A stretch of 64,000 nt of DNA from NCBI GenBank assembly GCA_951406725.2, contig OX597816.1, positions 147,932,001 through 147,996,000 on the forward strand. The letters are read 5' to 3'. Below the pieces are notes generated by a model, which saw nothing but the letters and a program-made list of their open reading frames with translations, made no database searches and had not been told where the DNA came from. This stretch comes from Octopus vulgaris (Eukaryota). A program made the position numbers and the translations under genes. Shown in pieces: positions 26,301-39,599 of this stretch; the stretch's first letter is position 1; each line of letters opens with the position of its first letter.

Positions 26301-26439
26301 ATGCACACACACATCTATAAATATATACACGCATATATGTGCATACACATAATCTAAACATACACACACACATATGTGTGTGCATGTGTGCGTGTGTGCA
26401 TGTGTGCGTGTGTGCATGTGTGCGTGTGTGTGTGTGTAG

Positions 26440-26871
26440 AAGGTTGAAAAGGAACATACGAGTTGATATGCTTAAGGAAAATAAAACAAGGTAGAAAATG
26501 CTAAATTAATTTTATCATGAAGACCATTTTAGTACCAGTTTCAGGCTTTGCGACTTTTTAACTTAGAATAAAGCCTGAAAATCAATTAAATTGCAAAAAG
26601 AAAAATAGATGAAATGTTTTTTAAAATATTTCAATAGTTTTCAAATGAAAGGGATATTTTCCTTTTTTCTGTTTTTCTCTGTCTCATGTGAGGTGTTGGC
26701 AGCAAGTACCAGGTAGCAGCAGTCCTAAAATTTGATATGAGTTATTGCTTTTGATTCTTTAAGCAGCTGTAGTAGCTGAGAAATGAGGAGAAGAAGAAGA
26801 AGAAGAAGAAGAAGAAGAAGAAGAAGAAGAAGAAGAAGAAGAAGAAGAAGAAGAAGAAGAAGAAGAAGAAG

Positions 26872-26902
<31 letters not shown>

Positions 26903-28965
26903 GCTATAACAGTAGTAGGATGTTGGTGGAATCCTCTTAAATGGTCAAGTCACCGAAAAGTGACCCGGTGTAGTTGTAGTAGTAGTGATTCGAACTGTTC
27001 TGAATTAATTCATGGGTAGTAGCTCTTCTGAGTATATCGTTTTTAATATTTGCGTGGGCATTATTCTAAGGCCCTTGTTATAGTGTCATCTGTGGTGGAC
27101 GCATTCAAAAGGAGTCTATATTTTGTGATAAAATATGACTCTTTACTAATGCGCTGACTGCACGTTGTATCGTTCCTGAATTTATAGAGGGGAAATTTCT
27201 GAAGCTGGTTAGTGGCAGAAATGTTGATGTGTTTGCTGAATACTATTTTTCTGTATTCCCGAATTTTGATCAGGGATCTATGTAGAGCCATCCTTTGACG
27301 TAGAGGATTTTTGGATTGGCCTATATATAACGCTCGACACCCACAGCAAGTTAATACATATATTAGGTTCTCCGAAGCACATTTGAAGTTGGTTTTTACT
27401 GTAAAATGTTGACGCTGTTTGAAAGAGAACTCTGATTCCTCAATTAGGTTGACGCATATACCATAGTTAGTTCTTCCGCATGTTTTCACTGACGGCTTCA
27501 GAGTTGTTGTCGAGCGTAGTTGGGCTTGTGTTATGAGAATTTTCATAGATTTGGGTTGTCTTTTGCTCTTTATGTTGGTGTGCGCTTGGCGTATTGAATT
27601 CATTTTGTGGTCCCTTTTTAGTAGGGGAATTTTCGGGTGGATGGTGTCAAAGGCTTCATTAAGAGGGTTGTGTGTGGAGATGTATGGTAGGGCTTTTGGG
27701 TGTAAATCCTTCTTTAATTTGGGATGCCTAAGTTCGTGAATGCTGAGCTGTAGGGCATTTTGAAAGCCTATATCAGTTAGTGACGATCGGTACTTCCTGG
27801 TAATGTGTGTATCCTTTAGTTCATGTAGTCGTGTGTCCTTGATGCTTGTATTAGAAACTATAGTACAAATCCTTTTTGCTAGCTTGAAAGGGATATTCAT
27901 TCCAGTGAATGGCATGAGTTGAACGGTAGATATTGCTTGGAGTCCGTCGGCTTATAGTATATATGTGTTTCTATATCATTATTAGATTTCTTAATGAAGA
28001 TGTTGAGGAATGGAAGTTGTTGATGGCTATATTCCAACGTAAATTGATTGTTTACATGAAGTCCATTTATAAGTGCTTGGAATTCTATAAGTCTTTCTAT
28101 ACTTTCATGCCAAAGAATGAAACAGTCATCCAGATACCTCTTCCAGTTACTTCCTATGTAGAGGGTTAATGGGATACCGTATTTTTCTAGTACCTTACGA
28201 TAAAGACTGATTTCTAGATATCCCCTGACTAGGTTAGCAAAGGAGGAGCCGTTCTCGTACCCATCGCAGTCCCCAATTTTGCCGACAGATGTCTCTCAAG
28301 TCAACGTAGTTATTGTGCAAGATGTATTTTAGCCCTTCTATAACGAATTATTTTTGATGCAATTTTTCCCCTCCATAAATTCAGAGACGATGCAACCTGT
28401 AGTCAGCGCATTAGTAAAGAGTCATATTTTATCACAAATTATAAACCCATTTTGAATATATCCACCACAAATAACACTAGTACAAGGGCCTTAGAAATAT
28501 AGCCACGCAAATATTAAAAACGATATATTCAGAAAAGTCTCTCAGAAAATTCCAATCACTACTATTACAACCACACCGCGTCACTTTTCGGTCACTTGAC
28601 CGTTTAAGAGGATTCCACCAACATCCTACTACTGTCATAGTACTCACGCATTTTTATTATTCTGTCTCCTCTTTTCCTACTTTTCCTTTTCTTCTTCTTC
28701 TTCTTCTTCTTCTTCTTCTTCTTCTTCTTCTTCTTCTTCTTCTTCTTCTTCTTCTTCTTCTTCTTTGTTTCCGCCGCCGCCTCCTTTCTCAGCTACTACA
28801 GCTGCTTAAGCAATCAAAAACCAAGAACACATATCAAACATTAGGTACTACCTGGTACCTTCTACAAAGACCTCACACGGGACCGAGAAAGACAGAAAAA
28901 AGGAAAATGTCCTTTGCATTTGAAAAATTTAGAAATATTTTTTAAAAGATTTCATTTAATTTTTC
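26440..28965 (-). mobile_element. Penelope-like retroelement, 5'-truncated, with an inverted duplication of its 3' end (arms 26600-27197 / 28362-28965)
   Basis: RT motifs GTAMGTRTAP..ANL and WKRYLDDCFILW (28110-28275, frameshifted). GIY-YIG ORF at 27061-27915. The ~600-bp inverted arms include a (GAA)n/(TTC)n tract. Confidence 0.9.
27061..27915 (-). pseudogene. Penelope RT thumb, linker and GIY-YIG endonuclease (open 284-aa segment of a disrupted ORF)
   Basis: NIPFKLAKRICTIVS, LPYISTHNP, FKCASENLIYVLTCCGCRALYIGQSKNPLRQRMALHRS, RISKESYFITKY...LN. Confidence 0.9.
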
Positions 28966-29489
28966 GACAAAAGCATAGGGACAGTCGATACTACTTATTT
29001 TGATTATTATATTAAAAGGAGAAGACCTCGAAAACTACTGAAATAAGTATTAGAAAGTAGGGGTGAAAATCAAATTTAGAGAAGAGGAAAAGGCCTTCAC
29101 TAAAATTTAGCAAATATATGATATTATAGCAAAAAATATATTAAATATATAGGTGAATGATAAAATTATACGTAAAATTTTAATAAACAGATTCTTTAAT
29201 ATATAAGAGAAATAATAAACGTTTGTGTAAACGTGGTATATAAAATATTCTGGAATAAAAAATATATATAGAATTTATAACGGAATTACTTGATATAAAT
29301 AGAACTTATCATATAAAGTGAATTGATATTAGAAACATTCCACTTGAGTACGGGCGAACAACGATAGGACATAATAAGAAATAAGATCCCACGTACAGAG
29401 TAAATAAATTGGAGATATTTAAATTATATAAAGGAATACATTTAGATTCAAAATTTTAAAATTTGGGCCCACAATTAAATAATGAATAT

Positions 29490-29723
29490 AATACTCTTCT
29501 ACTCTTTTACTTGTTTCAGTCATGTGACTGTGGCTATGCTGGAGCACCGCCTTTAGCGCAGAAGTGACTGTGTAATAAGTAGCTTGCTTACCAGCCATAT
29601 GGTCCCGAGTTCAGTCCCTCTGTGTGGCACCTTGGGCAAGTGCCTTCTCCTACAGCCTCGGGCCGACCAAAGCTTTGTGAGTGGGTTTGGTAGACGGAAA
29701 GTGAAGGAAACCCGTCATGTATT

Positions 29724-29789
<66 letters not shown>

Positions 29790-29918
29790 TGTGAGAGTTT
29801 GTGTGTGTGTATGTTTGTTTGTCTGTGTTTGTCCTCCCCAACATCGACAACCGATGCTGGTTTGCTTGCGTCCCTGTAACTTACCAGTTCAGCAGAAGAC
29901 ACTGATAGAATAAGTACC
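29490..29918. mobile_element. SINE family B pieces: a - strand tail (29490-29555) abutting a + strand copy (29556-29918)
   Basis: Family B motifs are present in both orientations. Confidence 0.85.
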
Positions 29919-32098
29919 GATGATAGCTGCCATAATCGTTTATGCATGATCGTGCCTGGATTATAATTTCCTATTTTATGTTTGCGGTAATGTTACAACA
30001 TCTCTGTCCTAATATCTCTCAGATATTGCGTTTCTTTTATATATGGTCCGGGATGCGTGTGCACGTTTTATGTATTTGTCTTTAATGTTTCCATCTGTAG
30101 CACAGATCTAGTTCTATTAGTTTTGTCTTTCCTTTGAAACTTGTTTTATCGACTGCTAATTTGTATGTAATTTCCGTAACGTGCATTTCCTAGATCTTAT
30201 GCTGTTGAAACTTTTTTTTTCTGCTCCGTGTTGATTATTTGCAGGTGTGCTGTTATTTAGTGATTGTATGATGCATTTCATGTCTTCTTGTGCAGCTGTA
30301 ACTGACTTTTAAATTGTTTCTACTGAATATTTTACGGTATTTATCTTCAGTTGGGAAATACTAATAAATTTTAGGAAGCTGTTTGCTACATTTAGACTGA
30401 AGAGAGGGTTGAATCAGATGATGTTTCTTTTCCTTCTTTGTATGTTTTCTGAATCTTTGCATTTTTTGTTATATATAGCTTATAACGTATATCATATGTA
30501 CAATATGGGAGTGTGTGCGTGTGTGTATGAAGTGTGTGTGATTCTGTAAATATAGTTGGGCAGTCAATTAGAGTAATTAAGATACACATCTGTCAATTTA
30601 GCACGCCTTATCCTTTTAACCATCAGAAAATCAATCAGCAGTGATGTTTATTCTGTTGTCTAAGCCATATGTAGTATAAGAGAATTGAAATTAAACAAGC
30701 GGTTTTATGATTCTAATTAACTTGAGTTTAATTCATGATATTTATACTAATACTGGTTCCTACCTTGTTATGAATACGAGCTGGAAAGCTCACACAACAC
30801 TCGTAGGATATGAAATCAGAATATAGAGTATGTAAATTAAATACTCTGACGCACTATCCGAGAGTTTCTCCTGCATCAATATGCTACTTTCCATAGCAGT
30901 ATTTTTATCTAGATATAGATTGTCATAAATATACTGAATAAGTCCCAATATATCTCTATTAGTTATTTTATTAATCGAAATAGGATGAAACTTCAAAGTT
31001 CACTGTATATAATTTGAAATGTGAACTCACACAGTTGGAAAACATTTCTGTAAATAATATAGTCTGTTGCTTTACTTTTTTTATTTGTCCATCATACTAA
31101 GTTTACCTGTTAGTAATACATTTTCTTTACACTTGTGTCTAAATTGATATATATATATACACGTGATTCTGTATTTTATAGTCAGTTCCGCACATATGTG
31201 GTATATGCCTCGGTGAGTTACTCAGTTTCAACGTACGTGTAAAGCTAACATTCTAAAGTGGAAATCTATAAAAGAGTGATCAATTTTATTATATTTTCAA
31301 AACATTACTGCTGTCTTAACGACAGTTTGTAAGTAGATAAACGAAGACAAATCGAAGTACAGGATTAGAGCACCGCTGAAAGGCATGCTATCAGCTTTGT
31401 TGCTTTCTATAAGATAGCAATCAAGTAACTCTGGTTTAATAATGAGGTTTCTCACTTCCCCAACCCGCTCTCTTTAGTTTTTCGTCTTGAATGTTTCAGA
31501 TGATAAAACAACACAAACAGTTTTTGATGTCTTCGTCTTCCATTGACAATCAACGTTTGTTGACTTAAAATGATTGTCTCTTTCTCTGCTGTCTGATTTC
31601 CTTTATTCTATGAAAACTTTGATGTATTATATACGAAAAGCAACTGAACCACTGCCAGTTTTAGCCAATATTTGTACCCCAAACATCAGGTTTAACATTA
31701 CATATTCATTATATCTAAAATTGGAGTCGTAAGTTAAGAATAAAACACAACAAAAAAAGGTAATGTGCAAGCCTAAACAGATCAAAGCATTTATCTCTGT
31801 GGCACTATTTTCTAAGTTCATATACAGCCATAATTGACCTTCCATGTTGTACCTGAATCCAGTAAAATGTATCTTATATCTATACTATATAAGATGCAGG
31901 TAGTTTAACCCGTTCCCCGCCGACTGCAATTCCAAAAGCCGCATTATTTGTGGGATAAACCACAGACACACACACATATATATATTTATATATATATATA
32001 TACACACATATATATATATATATTTATATATATACACACATATATATATATATATTTATATATATATACACACACACACACATATATATATTTATATT

Positions 32099-32186
<88 letters not shown>

Positions 32187-32199
32187 ATGTTCATGTATA

Positions 32200-32360
32200 T
32201 ATACGATAGACTTTCAGTTTCTGTCTGCCAACTCCACTTACAAGGCTTTGATTCGCCCGAGGCTATTGTATAAAGCATTTACCCAAGGTGCTTGGCAATG
32301 GGACTGATCCCGGAACCATGTGGTTGGGAAGGAAGCTTTATACTACACAGCTATGCCTAT
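32200..32360 (-). mobile_element. SINE family B, 5' half
   Basis: CTTTCAGTTTCTGTCTGCCAA...CCCGAGGCTAT...CCCAAGGTG...GGAACCATGTGGTTGG. Confidence 0.85.
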
Positions 32361-32892
32361 TATGTACAAATATGATGAAGATAAATATATTTATTTCTAT
32401 GTCTACTGTGGAAGCAATGTATGACTTGGAAATCGTTTAATGTAGTTAATAAGATGCCGATTAGTCGTGCTTCCCCGGTCGATAACGTAGAATATAATCA
32501 AAGAATGGCAGTTGAATTATCGGGTTAGACATTTCCCACCAATCTGTGTCCAAATGTCGTTAATGTTTGAAATCAGTATGATATTAATTAAAGCGACATG
32601 AAATTGAAAGCCAATTTTGGAATGCTGTTGTATTCTATATACTCTTGTGAGGTATGAAGAACTTAACATAAAGAAGTGTTGGAGAGAAAGAAAAGGGAGA
32701 AAAGTTGATAGAGAAATAGAGAAATATTTACAATACTACGTAGCATATTTTTGAGATTTCTATTACTGACATTGATACAACCTGTCAAACAACAACGGAT
32801 AATCCATATTACTCATCAATGTACTTTAAGTAGTAATCACGTATCATTCAAATCACACGTTAAAAGTATTAAATATATAAATATAAACGATA

Positions 32893-33059
32893 CAGGCTTA
32901 GGAGTGGGTGTGTGGTAAGTAGCATGCTTAACAACCTCATGGTTCCGGGTTCAGTCCAACTGCGTGGCACCTTAGGCAAGGGTCTTCTACTATAGCCTCG
33001 GGCCGACCAAATCTTTGTGAGTAGATTTGGTAGACGGAAACTGAAAGAAAACCGTCGTA

Positions 33060-33116
<57 letters not shown>

Positions 33117-33290
33117 TTGTGTGTCTGTGTTTGTCTCACCAAGGTGCTTCGCAACGGGACAGATCCCGGAACCATGTGTGCATGGCTTACAAAGAATACG
33201 TTCTGGGGTCGATTTGTTCGACTGAAGACGGTGCTACAGCATGGCCGCAGTCAAATGACTGAAACAAGTAATAGAGAGTAAAGAGATAAA
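32893..33290 (+). mobile_element. SINE family B with an internal inverted head fragment (33139-33178)
   Basis: Standard head and tail. The middle is replaced by CCAAGGTGCTTCGCAACGGGACAGATCCCGGAACCATGTG, an antisense piece of the head. Confidence 0.85.
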
Positions 33291-33591
33291 GCGGCTCAAA
33301 AGAACGTGGAATCTTCAGGACAAGAGTGCATTTGATGACAGGCAGCTTATCCTCAGGCTCAGCAACTATAGTGATACAATACCGTTAAATCTCATTTGTG
33401 TAAGAGCTGAACAAACCACCTAATTAACTTCATTGTCGCTACTGAAACATTCTTCTACCCCCCACCCACCCTTTTGTCATATGTCTATTTTAATATTTTA
33501 TAATTTATTTTCGATATCTTTCCTCCTCGTTCTCTTTATATACAATAAATAATATATCTCTCTTTCTCTTTATATATATGCATGTATATAG

Positions 33592-33622
<31 letters not shown>

Positions 33623-33803
33623 AATATATATATAATTACATCTTAGAATCCTGGATATTTGTCTGTTTCTAGCGGGTGAAACGCTTTGTGTGAATGAGGT
33701 AAATTATCATAATAACAGTGATTTCTTTATTTGCTCCGAGGACTGAAACATAATATTGAACGATGTTACAAATAAGTTTACTGGACGTATTATGTACATA
33801 TAT

Positions 33804-33880
<77 letters not shown>

Positions 33881-34043
33881 TGTATGTATGCATGCATACC
33901 TGCACTCGCGTGTGTGTATTAAATAGTTGATCTCAAAGCATATAAAACACCTGAACGCACTGTCTACATACTATTATTTATAAGTTTACGTGCTTCAAAA
34001 TTTCCCATTCCAAAGTTTATCAATTCTTATGCCAACGATATAT

Positions 34044-34140
<97 letters not shown>

Positions 34141-34199
34141 CGTTTATATATTTGTTTGCAAGATTTTTGATGTGAAATCGTGTGTTGAAACATATATTG

Positions 34200-34585
34200 T
34201 TGTATTTAGGAATGGTCATTTTGCCAGTTTAGCCAATAAAAACACACACACTATATATTTGGTGTTACTTTGCTTCAGCGTTATTTATTTTTTACATTAA
34301 TCTTAATGTTATTTCAGCCAGAGTTCTTTCGTCACACTCCTGTGACCGCATACAATAGGAATACAAAATACAAAATGGCTGACCATTAGTAAGGAGAGAC
34401 ACACAAATAAGGAAGAAGAAAGCAAAGGACCACTGCTACGGTCACAGGAGTGGGACGAAAGAACTCTGGCCGAAATAAGATCAAGATTAATGTAAAAAAT
34501 AAATAACGCTGAAGCAAAGTAACACCAAATATATAGTGCGTGTGTTTTTATTGGCTAAACTGGCAAAATGACTAAATTCCTAAAT

Positions 34586-34589
<4 letters not shown>
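34200..34589. repeat. Fold-back element: ~150-bp near-perfect inverted repeats (34200-34348 / 34439-34589)
   Basis: TTGTATTTAGGAAT.GTCATTTTGCCAGTTTAGCCAATAAAAACAC...CTCCTGTGACCG is mirrored by CGGTCACAGGAG...GTGTTTTTATTGGCTAAACTGGCAAAATGAC..ATTCCTAAATACAA. Confidence 0.95.
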
Positions 34590-34647
<58 letters not shown>

Positions 34648-35159
34648 TATATGTGTGTGTATGTGTGTATGTGTGTGTATGTATATCAGTCAACCACGGT
34701 ATTGGTTGAATATATTCTTAAGTCCACCATTTCGTCAAATGCAGCAGCTTCTAAACTTCACCACTAATTCATTTCTCAACTAAATTGCAAACTGTTAAAG
34801 AGGACACCTCTTCACCTACAGTTTGGCATAAATAGTTTGAGATTTGGTTTAGTAGAAAAAAGACTTACATCAAAATATCTGCGACCTCAAGTGGGGCAGT
34901 AAGGCATCTATTCATCTTCAATTAACATATTTTTTCTTCATTTTAAAATAAAAGTATACTTTTCTAAGACTTAAATGATAGAAAAATGTATGAGGAATTC
35001 AGAGTTGTAAGTAAAAAATTAGCAGAAGAAAAGTTATGGGGTGAAATACCATGAAACGTCGTGTAAGAGAGTAAGGAAGTAACGCTTAGCAATAAGAATA
35101 AATATAGAATATATTGCTAAAATGAAGTTAGCGCGCCGGGCTAAATGTAATAATGGTTA

Positions 35160-35360
35160 TTAAAGCGACGAGCTGGCAGAATCGTTAGCACGTCTTGCGA
35201 AATGCTTAGGGGTATTTCGTCTGCCGTTACGTTCTGTGTCCAAATTCCGCCGAGGTCGATTTTTCCTTTCATCCGTTCAGAGCCGATAAATTAAGTACCT
35301 GTTGAATACTGGGGTCGATGCAATCGACTATCCCCCTCTCCCAAATTTCAGCCCTTGCGT
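35160..35360 (+). mobile_element. SINE family A
   Basis: GCGACGAGCTGGCAGAATCGTTAGCACG...CCGCCGAGGTCGA...GATAAATTAAGTACC. Confidence 0.85.
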
Positions 35361-35654
35361 CTACCTGTGTTTAAATTTCGAGTTCAAATTCCTCCCAGGT
35401 CAACTTTGCTTTTTATCCATTTCGAATCAATTCAATTTGACGTACAGATTTTGTTTTTAACTAAACACTTAGAAACGTCCGATGCTGGTACAATGTGTCA
35501 CATACGACAGGATTTACTCTTAACATTTTTGACAAAATTTTGCATTTTAGAAGTCATTTCGTCACAAGTTACAGAGTGACGATGGATAAATTCGTGTTTG
35601 ATAAACACGAAGTTTTAAAATACATCGATTTACCTTTAGAATGAAGGTAAGTCG

Positions 35655-36760
35655 ATGTCTTTTAAAGATAGTTACACTAAAAATAAGGTAACTACTAGCA
35701 AAACTATTTGGTTGATTATTCCTTATGAGAAGCAAATTAAATCTAATCTTCCTTTCCAGTGTCGGGAAGATATTATTAGGAATTTTCCAAAGAATTCGGT
35801 AATCAACTCGCACACGGTTAGGATTAGTTTTTCTAACACAAAAAGCCTTTCACAAATTATCTCTTCACATAATATTCGTCTGTTAAATAAGAATCCAATT
35901 ACTGAAAATAATAACGTTAATTTAGCTAATGCAAACCATCCCCTAGAAATATTAACAAGGTAATTGTCTCTGAAGACAATTCCAAAAGAATTAAGTTTAT
36001 GTCTAGTAATTCTAGGACTAAAAACTCTATATACCAGTGCAAAATTACTTCCAGTACCGATGTCTTTTTTTATATAGGTAGTTCTTCTTCTCAGTTATCT
36101 AAAAGAATTTATACTCATTACTCTACATTTAGGGATAGTAATAAACGCAACAGTACAGGGCTTAATAAATTAATTTGTTATCTAAATGACCATAATAAAC
36201 AATTTAATTTAGATTGGTTGATTCTCTCCATTTCATTCCCATATGATAAAGGTAAAGAATTCTACCAACTCTGTAATAGTGAACTATTTGGTATTCTATT
36301 TTCTAAGAATCCCCTTGTAAATACGTTTATAGAGCGTACTTATCGATGTAAACATTGGCAGAAACATACCTTTAGTTCCTATAAGTGATATCTACCATTC
36401 TATATAATTTCAACATTGATTTTCTTCTAACATTTACTTCCACTAGATATATCTATTTCCAAGCCTTTAAGCTTTTATTTTAATTCACATATCGCTCTAT
36501 ATTTCTCCTTTATTAGTTTTCTGCTTATTTCTTTCCTTTACCCCTTTTCTTTCTATAGGCTACCTTTGACGTTATATCTTCTAACGGTGTTTTGAAAAAG
36601 CTTAAAAGCGTTCCGTTCATCATTATACACATTCATCACATTCTGTTAAAATGTTTTATTGATGAGTTTGGTTATGCGTGTTCTCATCAGTAAGGGCACT
36701 AAAAATTAACATATAATTATGGGATAAACAACATCTCATCCTTATACATTATAATTTTTA
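35655..36760 (+). mobile_element. Penelope-like element 3' part (linker and GIY-YIG, one frameshift near 35940) with probable pseudo-LTR
   Basis: KTIWLIIPY...INSHTVRISFSNTKSLSQIISSHN, then SIYQCKITSSTDVFFYIGSSSSQLSKRIYTHYSTFRD...STGL...WLIL...Y......QLCNSE...YRCKH. Confidence 0.85.
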
Positions 36761-37099
36761 AATCCACCACGCAAGTGCAGTTGTCAGCAGCAAATAAAAA
36801 TGTCGACTTACTTCAAAATTACTAAAATCATATTACGAAAATATATAGGGTAGGAAAATTAGAGAAATTTTTCTACCAGTGGCTAGAATGCATAAAATGG
36901 TCAATAGACAACAAATTTTCATATAAAATTAGTGTACATTCATTCACAAAAGAGGTGAACCTACCAGGATACTTTACATGCTAGAAAGGAACAGATTTAC
37001 GGGGCTATGGGGTGTTGGTCTCTTTCTCTCTCTCCCTCTCTCTCACTCTCTTTCTCCCCTTTCTCTCGATAATGTCACATACGTAACAGTCTAGTGGAT

Positions 37100-37740
37100 T
37101 CACGTCTAGTAAGCTAGGCGGTTACGTATCTGGGAGAACACGATCAAGGAGAAAAACACCCATCCACACTTGTTTTGTCCTAACATATGAGACAGGGCAC
37201 AAACTTTTTAGAAGACGTACAGTCTTTACTTGCGGACTTTGCCTAGCCAGGGCCTCACAACTTTCTCCAACGCGCTTGTGTACACAACGGTATTGAATTT
37301 TGAGCCCTGTGAAAAACGTGAGGAGGTATGACATCTTATTCGTTACTGACGGCACCCAGAACCATCACAGATGTTGCAAAGTTTCCATGTATGACCGTTG
37401 GAACCACATTCGGATCTCTGCTTAACCGTCTTTTGCTCCTTCGGTTTAACTTTCGTTCCTCATCGAAGTTTTTGTCATTGGACAAAAACCAAAACATTCC
37501 AGCCTCTTTTCTTCTAACTTGTTTAGCAAGGGTTTTGCAAGGATCGAACTATGTTCACTTGTCACATTCGACATAAACTGAACTCTGAGTGCCATATCTG
37601 ACTTTTACCGAATATCTTCATGCACAACTCTTTAGCTGCTGAAACTAACTTAGAGGTCCTTTGTAATGGGGTTTCGGTTATGTTTTGGGCATTTTTGTAC
37701 AAAGCTGTGTTCTACTGGTTTTGACAATTTGTGCATGCAG
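37100..37740 (-). mobile_element. Tc1/mariner DD37D (maT-like) transposase fossil
   Basis: FWFLSNDKNFDEERKLNRRSKRRLSRDPNVVPTVIHGNFATSVMVLGAVSNE*DVIPPHVF, then YVF*KVCALSH (YVFQQDSAPSH-like) and TKQVWM. Confidence 0.8.
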
Positions 37741-38120
37741 AAGAAGAAGAAGAAAAAGAGAAGATATTTATTTTTTTAAATAGCATTCTGCGTTAGTTGG
37801 CAATAGCAGTCGAAGTAATCGATGTAATAGTCGGTGTTAGATTTGTATTTAGTTGTGATTTTTCTCGATCACACATAAGAAGAAATAAAATATCAGGTGC
37901 GAAATTATTTAATATGTTCAACTGAAAGACAAAGAACAGTGGATAGTAAAATAACAATTAAAAAGGAAAGTGTGGAAAGCCAAAAAGTAAGTAATATATA
38001 TTTGCTTTGAATTTTTGAAGTCATTATTTTATGCGTAATGCTTAAATTCATAGGATAAAAATAGTGATATAAGAAATCGATAAATAATGGTGGAAAGAAC
38101 TTCCAAACATCTCACATTGT

Positions 38121-38190
<70 letters not shown>

Positions 38191-38364
38191 GCTCACACAC
38201 ACGCTCAAACACACATACTCGTATATATACATATACACATACACAAATACGCGCAAGCACGAAAACACGCATATGCGCAGACACATTTATATGGCAAGAA
38301 AAGTTAGCAGTGTTAGAGATATTGGACTAGAAACAACGCATATAAAAAAAGAAAGAAAGAAAAT

Positions 38365-38416
38365 GAAGAAGAAGAAGAAGAAGAAGAAGAAGAAGAAGAA
38401 GAAGAAGAAGAAGAAG

Positions 38417-38448
<32 letters not shown>

Positions 38449-38560
38449 GTAGTGGAAGAGGAAGAGGAAGAGGAAGAAGAAGAAGAAGAAGAAGAAGAAG
38501 AAGAAGAAGAAGAAGAAGAAGAAGAAGAAGAAAAGTAGACGAACAATTACAACAACAACA
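38365..38560. repeat. (GAA)n/(CAA)n compound microsatellite
   Basis: Directly visible. Confidence 0.95.
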
Positions 38561-39314
38561 TCAAAACATATTTGAAAAGATCAACCTAGTGATGTTGAGG
38601 AGGTAGGAGTAATGATGATAAGTGACATCGTGGAGATGGTTGCAGCGGTGATGGTTACTGGAGTAGGTTTATGGTTAACGATAAAGATAAAAGAAATCGT
38701 GAAAGGTGTAGAAAGAACATTGTGAAGAATTATAATGTGGATAAAGATAAATCAAATAAGAGGCATAAAAGAAGAAAAAAAAATGAAAGGTAGATAAAAA
38801 GAGGGGTTTGAAAAAGTAGATGAAAAACAGAGGAACACCTCAAAACAACAAAAACGAAACAAATCTGTTTGAAGAATTACAAAACGTTTAAGATATAAGA
38901 ACAGAATGTAGTAGAACAAGAGAATCGTGTAGTGGATAGAAAAACACTTGCAAGTGAAAAGATATCTCATAGGGTCGCAGTCGGGATGCACGCAGTAATG
39001 TAGGCATTTGAACCTGGTGGAGTCCATCAACCTCCAGATTTTTGCGCAGCCGATTTCTTCCAGAGGAAAGAAAGAGAGAAAGGAAGCGAGCAACGAGAGA
39101 GAGGGGAGGGGGAGACTCATGCTAGATGGAATTTAATTCACAGTAGAGGAATCCAAGATTAAAACTGCAAGACATTCTCTCGAACGTTCTATTAAATGGC
39201 TGCCTTAACACACACACGCGCATACACACGCATATACACACACACACACGCATACACACACACACGCACGCATACACACACACACACGCATTGCATATAT
39301 ATATATATATTTAT

Positions 39315-39545
39315 AGGGCGGTGAGTTGGTAGAAAAATTAGTGCGCCGGGCGAAATGCTTAGTGGTATTTCATCTGTCATTACGTTCTGAGTTCAAATTC
39401 CGCGGAGGTCGACTTTGCCTTTCATCCTTTCGGGGTCGATAAATAAAGTACCAGTTTCGCACTGGGGTCGATGAAATCGACTTAATTCCTTTGTCTGACC
39501 TTGTTTGTCCCCTCTATGTTTAGCCCCTTGTGGGTAGTAAAGAAA
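39315..39545 (+). mobile_element. SINE family A, well conserved
   Basis: GTTCTGAGTTCAAATTCCGCGGAGGTCGACTTTGCCTTTCATCCTTTCGGGGTCGATAAATAAAGTACCAG. Confidence 0.9.

Positions 39546-39599
<54 letters not shown>

Noticed and set aside
28980-30500. AT-rich stretches that look like decayed LINE coding sequence
   Set aside because: No diagnostic motif could be read, so they were left unannotated.
36655-36693. Hairpin TGATGAG...CTCATCA after the Penelope ORF as a SECIS element or hammerhead
   Set aside because: It lacks the SECIS GA quartet partner and apical AA. The minus-strand CTGATGAG has no following GAAA. No in-frame TGA was seen in the nuclease ORF.
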